From positions 1-63,715 of the forward strand of contig JAJRTU010000321.1 of the NCBI GenBank assembly GCA_024278135.1: a stretch of DNA of 63,715 nucleotides. Reading direction: 5' to 3'. This DNA is from Gammaproteobacteria bacterium. GTDB lineage: Bacteria; Pseudomonadota; Gammaproteobacteria; Eutrophobiales; Eutrophobiaceae. Each line of letters starts with the position of its first letter. Positions within the stretch are counted from its first letter, which is position 1. A model generated the notes under the pieces. That model saw nothing but the letters and a program-made list of their open reading frames with translations. It had not been told where the DNA came from and searched no databases. Position numbers and translations under genes: made by a program. Shown piece by piece: positions 60,278 to 63,715 of the stretch.

Positions 60278-61249
60278 ATGAGTAAACCCAGGGTAATCGT
60301 AACAAGAAAGTGGCCGGATCAGGTTGAACAGACACTACAGGAGTTGTTTGACGTACAGCTTAATGTGGATGATCACCAGATGAGTGTGTCGGAGTTACAG
60401 CAAGCGCTGCAAAGTGCTGATGCTCTGTGCCCGACGGTATCCGACAGCATCAATGCGGAAGTCCTTGATGTTGACTCGAAGCAGGCCAGGATACTTGGCA
60501 GCTATGGTGTCGGTTTTAATCACATCGATCTGGAGGCGGCGAAAGCCAATGCACTGGTGGTGACCAATACCCCGGATGTATTAACCGATTGCACTGCCGA
60601 TCTGGCGATGACACTGATGCTGATGATTGCCAGACGTGCCGGTGAAGGTGAACGTCATGTCCGCAGCAAAGAATGGACCGGCTGGCGTCCGACCCACATG
60701 ATCGGGACAAAAATCACCGGCAAGACGCTGGGCCTGATCGGTATGGGGCGTATTGCCCGGGCAATGGCACACAAGGCCCATCACGGTTTCGGTATGAAAA
60801 TTATTTTCAGCGATCCCTACCCGCCGCCACAGGACCTGCTTGATTCACTGCAGGCGGAATCGCGCGACAGTATGGAAGAGGTACTGCAGGAAGCGGATTT
60901 TGTTTCATTACATTGCCCGGGTGGCAAGGAAACCTGGCATCTGATCAATGAGGAACGACTGGCGATGATGAAATCCTCGGCCTTCTTGATTAATAGTGCC
61001 AGAGGTGATGTGGTGGATTCACAGGCCTTGATAGAAGCCTTGAAAACAGGCGGTATTGCCGGTGCCGGTCTTGACGTCTATGAAGGTGAACCCAACATCG
61101 CGGAAGAGTTTCTGACCCTGGATAATGTTGTCCTGTTACCGCACCTGGGCAGCGCTTCAATGGAGACCAGAGTGGCGATGGGTATGCGTGTGATAGATAA
61201 TCTGAAAGCATTTTTTGTCGGGGAAGAGCCACACGACCGTGTTGTATAA
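60278..61249 (+). CDS. D-isomer-specific 2-hydroxyacid dehydrogenase, probable hydroxypyruvate/glyoxylate reductase (glycerate dehydrogenase)
   Basis: NAD-binding GLIGMGRIARAMA. Catalytic-region motifs INSARGDVVD and LPHLGSAS. Function inferred from position in the serine-cycle cluster. Confidence 0.8.
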   Translation: MSKPRVIVTRKWPDQVEQTLQELFDVQLNVDDHQMSVSELQQALQSADALCPTVSDSINAEVLDVDSKQARILGSYGVGFNHIDLEAAKANALVVTNTPDVLTDCTADLAMTLMLMIARRAGEGERHVRSKEWTGWRPTHMIGTKITGKTLGLIGMGRIARAMAHKAHHGFGMKIIFSDPYPPPQDLLDSLQAESRDSMEEVLQEADFVSLHCPGGKETWHLINEERLAMMKSSAFLINSARGDVVDSQALIEALKTGGIAGAGLDVYEGEPNIAEEFLTLDNVVLLPHLGSASMETRVAMGMRVIDNLKAFFVGEEPHDRVV

Positions 61250-61279
61250 GAGCACCGTTTCCCTGAGTCCATCCCGTTT

Positions 61280-63715
61280 GTGATTGAGCAAACATCAAGC
61301 GAGCTGAAGTCTGTTGTTGTTGCTGCGGAAGATCTGGATTCTTCAGCGGCCAGTTATGCGCGTGATCTCGTTAAGCTGTTATCGACTCAGTTAAACAAGG
61401 TTATCGAAATACGCCAGCCGGGAATACTGCCTTTCATCAGCGGTGATAAAGCCTTGACCGAGGCCAGCAACGCTGAAGCCGAGAGTGTGCTCCAGGCCTG
61501 GGGTATCTGGTTTCAATTGCTGAATATTGCTGAAGAAAACACCGGCATGCGTCGGCGCCGACAGACGGAAGACCTGTTGGGCCTGGACAAGGTGCCAGGC
61601 ACTTTTGCCAACGTTTTTGCCCAGGCAAAAACAGCGGGAGTCAGTGCCGAAGCGATCCAGCTGTTGTTAAATAAGGCAGGCGTCAGTCCGACGATTACCG
61701 CGCATCCGACGGAAGCCAAGCGGGTGACTATTCTGGAGATCCATCGCCGGATCTATATTCTTCTGTATCGGCTGGAAGCGGCGCGCTGGACCCAACGGGA
61801 GCGCAGCCGCTTTATTGATGATTTGCGTAATGAAATAGATCTGTTGTGGTTGACGGGTGAGCTGCGTATGGAAAAACCCACTGTCGCCAATGAAGTGGCG
61901 TGGGGTTTACATTTTTTCCAGCAGGCATTGTTCGAACGCATACCTGAAACACTGGAACGTCTGGAGTGGTCACTCCGCCACCAGTATCCGCAGCATGAAT
62001 TTCATATCCCACCTTTTTTTCAATTTGGCTCATGGATTGGCGGTGATCGGGATGGCAATCCTTTTGTCACTAATGAAGTGACTGAGAACACATTGTTGAG
62101 TAACCGTCGTGTGGTCCTGCAACATTATCAATCAAAGCTGAAGGATATATTGGTACGATGCAGCATTTCGCGGAATGCGATTGAGTTATCTGCCGATTTT
62201 GAAAGAGATCTTCAACGCCTGCTTCATCAGAGCGGACAGAAAGATGAACTGGTCGTACGTAATCCCGGTGAAGTATTCAGGCAATATCTCATGTGTATGA
62301 GCCTGCAACTTGCTGGCACCTTGAGACAGCGTGAGGCGACCGGCGATGGTGAATCCTGTTATTACAAGAGCGCTGACGAATTCATAGATGATCTGAAGAC
62401 TGTCGAACAGGGCATGATTGATGCTGCCTGTGAACAACTGGCCATTGCACTGATTCGACCTTTGCTGCGCGAGGCCGAGGCCTACCGTTTCTGCACCGTT
62501 CGTCTGGACTTGCGGGAGAACACCACTGTAACCACGGCGACCTTGCAAAGTATCTGGTGTGAGTTAAATGATGCGAAGGAAGCACCGCAACCCGGATCGG
62601 AGCAGTGGCAGCAGTGGTTAATCGATGAACTGGCCCGGCCGCTTGAGGTCTTACCCGAATTTACCCGCTTGAGTGAACGGGCCGCTTCCACCTTTGGATT
62701 ATTCCAGCTCATCGCCAGCATGCGCGTGGAACTGGATAGCGCGGCTATCGGCCATTTCGTTCTGAGTATGACACGATCAGTGGAGGATATTCTGGGACTG
62801 TATTTACTGGCCAAATACAGTGGTAATTTTGTCGATGAGGCCGCTACTGAATTATGTCAACTGCCCATTGTGCCTCTGTTTGAAACCATAGACGACTTGC
62901 GAGCAGCACCGGCGATCATGAAGGCGGTATTGAAAACACCGGTGATCCGGCGTTCGGTAAAGGAGCAGGGTGCGGTACAGGAGGTGATGATTGGTTATTC
63001 CGATTCCAACAAGGACGGCGGTTTTTTCACTTCCAACTGGGAGCTGAGCAAGGCCCAGGCCGAGTTGACAAAAGTCGGGCAGGAGAGCGGTATCTCGATT
63101 TCATTTTTCCATGGTCGCGGTGGTTCCGTGAGCCGTGGCGGCGCACCCACGGGCCGTGCTATTGCTGCGCAACCGGCGGGTTCGATAAACGGACGCATGC
63201 GGCTGACGGAACAGGGTGAGGTCGTTTCGTCAAAATATGCCAACCAGGGCACGGCACAATACCAAATGGAGCTGCTGGCGGCCTGTGTATTCGAACACTC
63301 TCTGAAATCATTGAATGAGGCCGAATTGAGACCCAATCCAGAGCATGATCAGGCCATGGAAGCCCTGTCTAATATTGCCTTCACCAGCTACCGGCAACTG
63401 GCCGAAACCGAAGGGCTGGTGGATTACTACAGTGCTGCCAGCCCGGTGGAAGAACTGGCGATGATGAAGATTGGTTCGCGCCCGGCAAAACGTTTTGGTG
63501 CCAACAGTCTTGACGATCTGCGTGCCATTCCCTGGGTGTTTGCCTGGACGCAGAACCGGCATCATGTCCCATCATGGTATGGCATCGGCACAGCAATTGA
63601 AGGTTTCATCAAAGTCAGAAGCGAAGAAGGCGAAGCATTACTTAAACAGATGTTCAGGGAATCACGTCTGTTTCGACTGATTATGGATGAAGCAGAAAAA
63701 TCCCTGGCCTTTGTC
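61280..63715 (+). CDS. ppc: phosphoenolpyruvate carboxylase, partial (C-terminus beyond the window end)
   Basis: Open frame from the GTG at 61280 to the window end (812 codons, not in the ORF track). PEPC signatures TAHPTEAKR (~61700), GYSDSNKDGG (~62995) and FHGRGGSVSRGGAP (~63108). Confidence 0.9.
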   Translation, partial: MIEQTSSELKSVVVAAEDLDSSAASYARDLVKLLSTQLNKVIEIRQPGILPFISGDKALTEASNAEAESVLQAWGIWFQLLNIAEENTGMRRRRQTEDLLGLDKVPGTFANVFAQAKTAGVSAEAIQLLLNKAGVSPTITAHPTEAKRVTILEIHRRIYILLYRLEAARWTQRERSRFIDDLRNEIDLLWLTGELRMEKPTVANEVAWGLHFFQQALFERIPETLERLEWSLRHQYPQHEFHIPPFFQFGSWIGGDRDGNPFVTNEVTENTLLSNRRVVLQHYQSKLKDILVRCSISRNAIELSADFERDLQRLLHQSGQKDELVVRNPGEVFRQYLMCMSLQLAGTLRQREATGDGESCYYKSADEFIDDLKTVEQGMIDAACEQLAIALIRPLLREAEAYRFCTVRLDLRENTTVTTATLQSIWCELNDAKEAPQPGSEQWQQWLIDELARPLEVLPEFTRLSERAASTFGLFQLIASMRVELDSAAIGHFVLSMTRSVEDILGLYLLAKYSGNFVDEAATELCQLPIVPLFETIDDLRAAPAIMKAVLKTPVIRRSVKEQGAVQEVMIGYSDSNKDGGFFTSNWELSKAQAELTKVGQESGISISFFHGRGGSVSRGGAPTGRAIAAQPAGSINGRMRLTEQGEVVSSKYANQGTAQYQMELLAACVFEHSLKSLNEAELRPNPEHDQAMEALSNIAFTSYRQLAETEGLVDYYSAASPVEELAMMKIGSRPAKRFGANSLDDLRAIPWVFAWTQNRHHVPSWYGIGTAIEGFIKVRSEEGEALLKQMFRESRLFRLIMDEAEKSLAFV

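Noticed and set aside
1-63715. Scan for CRISPR arrays, tRNA/rRNA/tmRNA genes, IS elements, integrases, toxin-antitoxin pairs or defence-system genes
   Set aside because: None were recognised. There are no regularly spaced repeats, no cloverleaf-like conserved tRNA boxes in the intergenic gaps, and no transposase, integrase, nuclease or ATPase ORFs of the usual defence types. All large ORFs are accounted for by housekeeping or metabolic families.

Overview
This window reads as core chromosome of a roughly 50% GC gammaproteobacterium and is almost entirely coding. I call 55 protein genes. I saw no rRNA, tRNA, CRISPR array, transposase, integrase or phage gene.

Gene blocks in order:
1. A partial unknown ORF, a lipoprotein aminopeptidase, a 3-mercaptopyruvate sulfurtransferase, and a membrane protein with a periplasmic vWA domain and a cytoplasmic FHA domain.
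2. birA-coaX-SPOR-TPR-L,D-transpeptidase, converging on ubiA-M14 peptidase.
3. The gmk-rpoZ-spoT-ridA-recG operon plus yicC.
4. rph-rdgB-[RND adaptor + RND pump]-hemW, packed as one unit.
5. A Hanks-type Ser/Thr kinase and a nitroreductase.
6. A complete 14-gene nuoA-N operon with nuoC and nuoD unfused.
7. sco-PCu(A)C-psd and two ArsB/NhaD-superfamily transporters.
8. icd-aceK-apbE-DUF3301-yajQ.
9. metZ and a serine-cycle cluster, sga-mcl-mtkA-mtkB-hydroxypyruvate reductase-ppc. This cluster suggests a methylotroph- or methanotroph-like host (inference).

I did not find a convincing new multi-gene system such as a defence island. Points worth a second look:
- Two conserved genes each carry a single in-frame stop: malyl-CoA lyase has TAA at the conserved Glu codon, and the L,D-transpeptidase has TAG.
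- The vWA-TM-FHA protein has a repeat-bearing acidic tail, and an orphan Ser/Thr kinase lies 21 kb away.
- An RND pump is translationally coupled into the rdgB-hemW housekeeping operon.
- icd directly abuts aceK.
- A possible SAM-II-like pseudoknot leader lies upstream of metZ.
- Strong stem-loops sit between genes of the serine-cycle cluster.

All family assignments come from motif recognition in the supplied translations. No database search was run.
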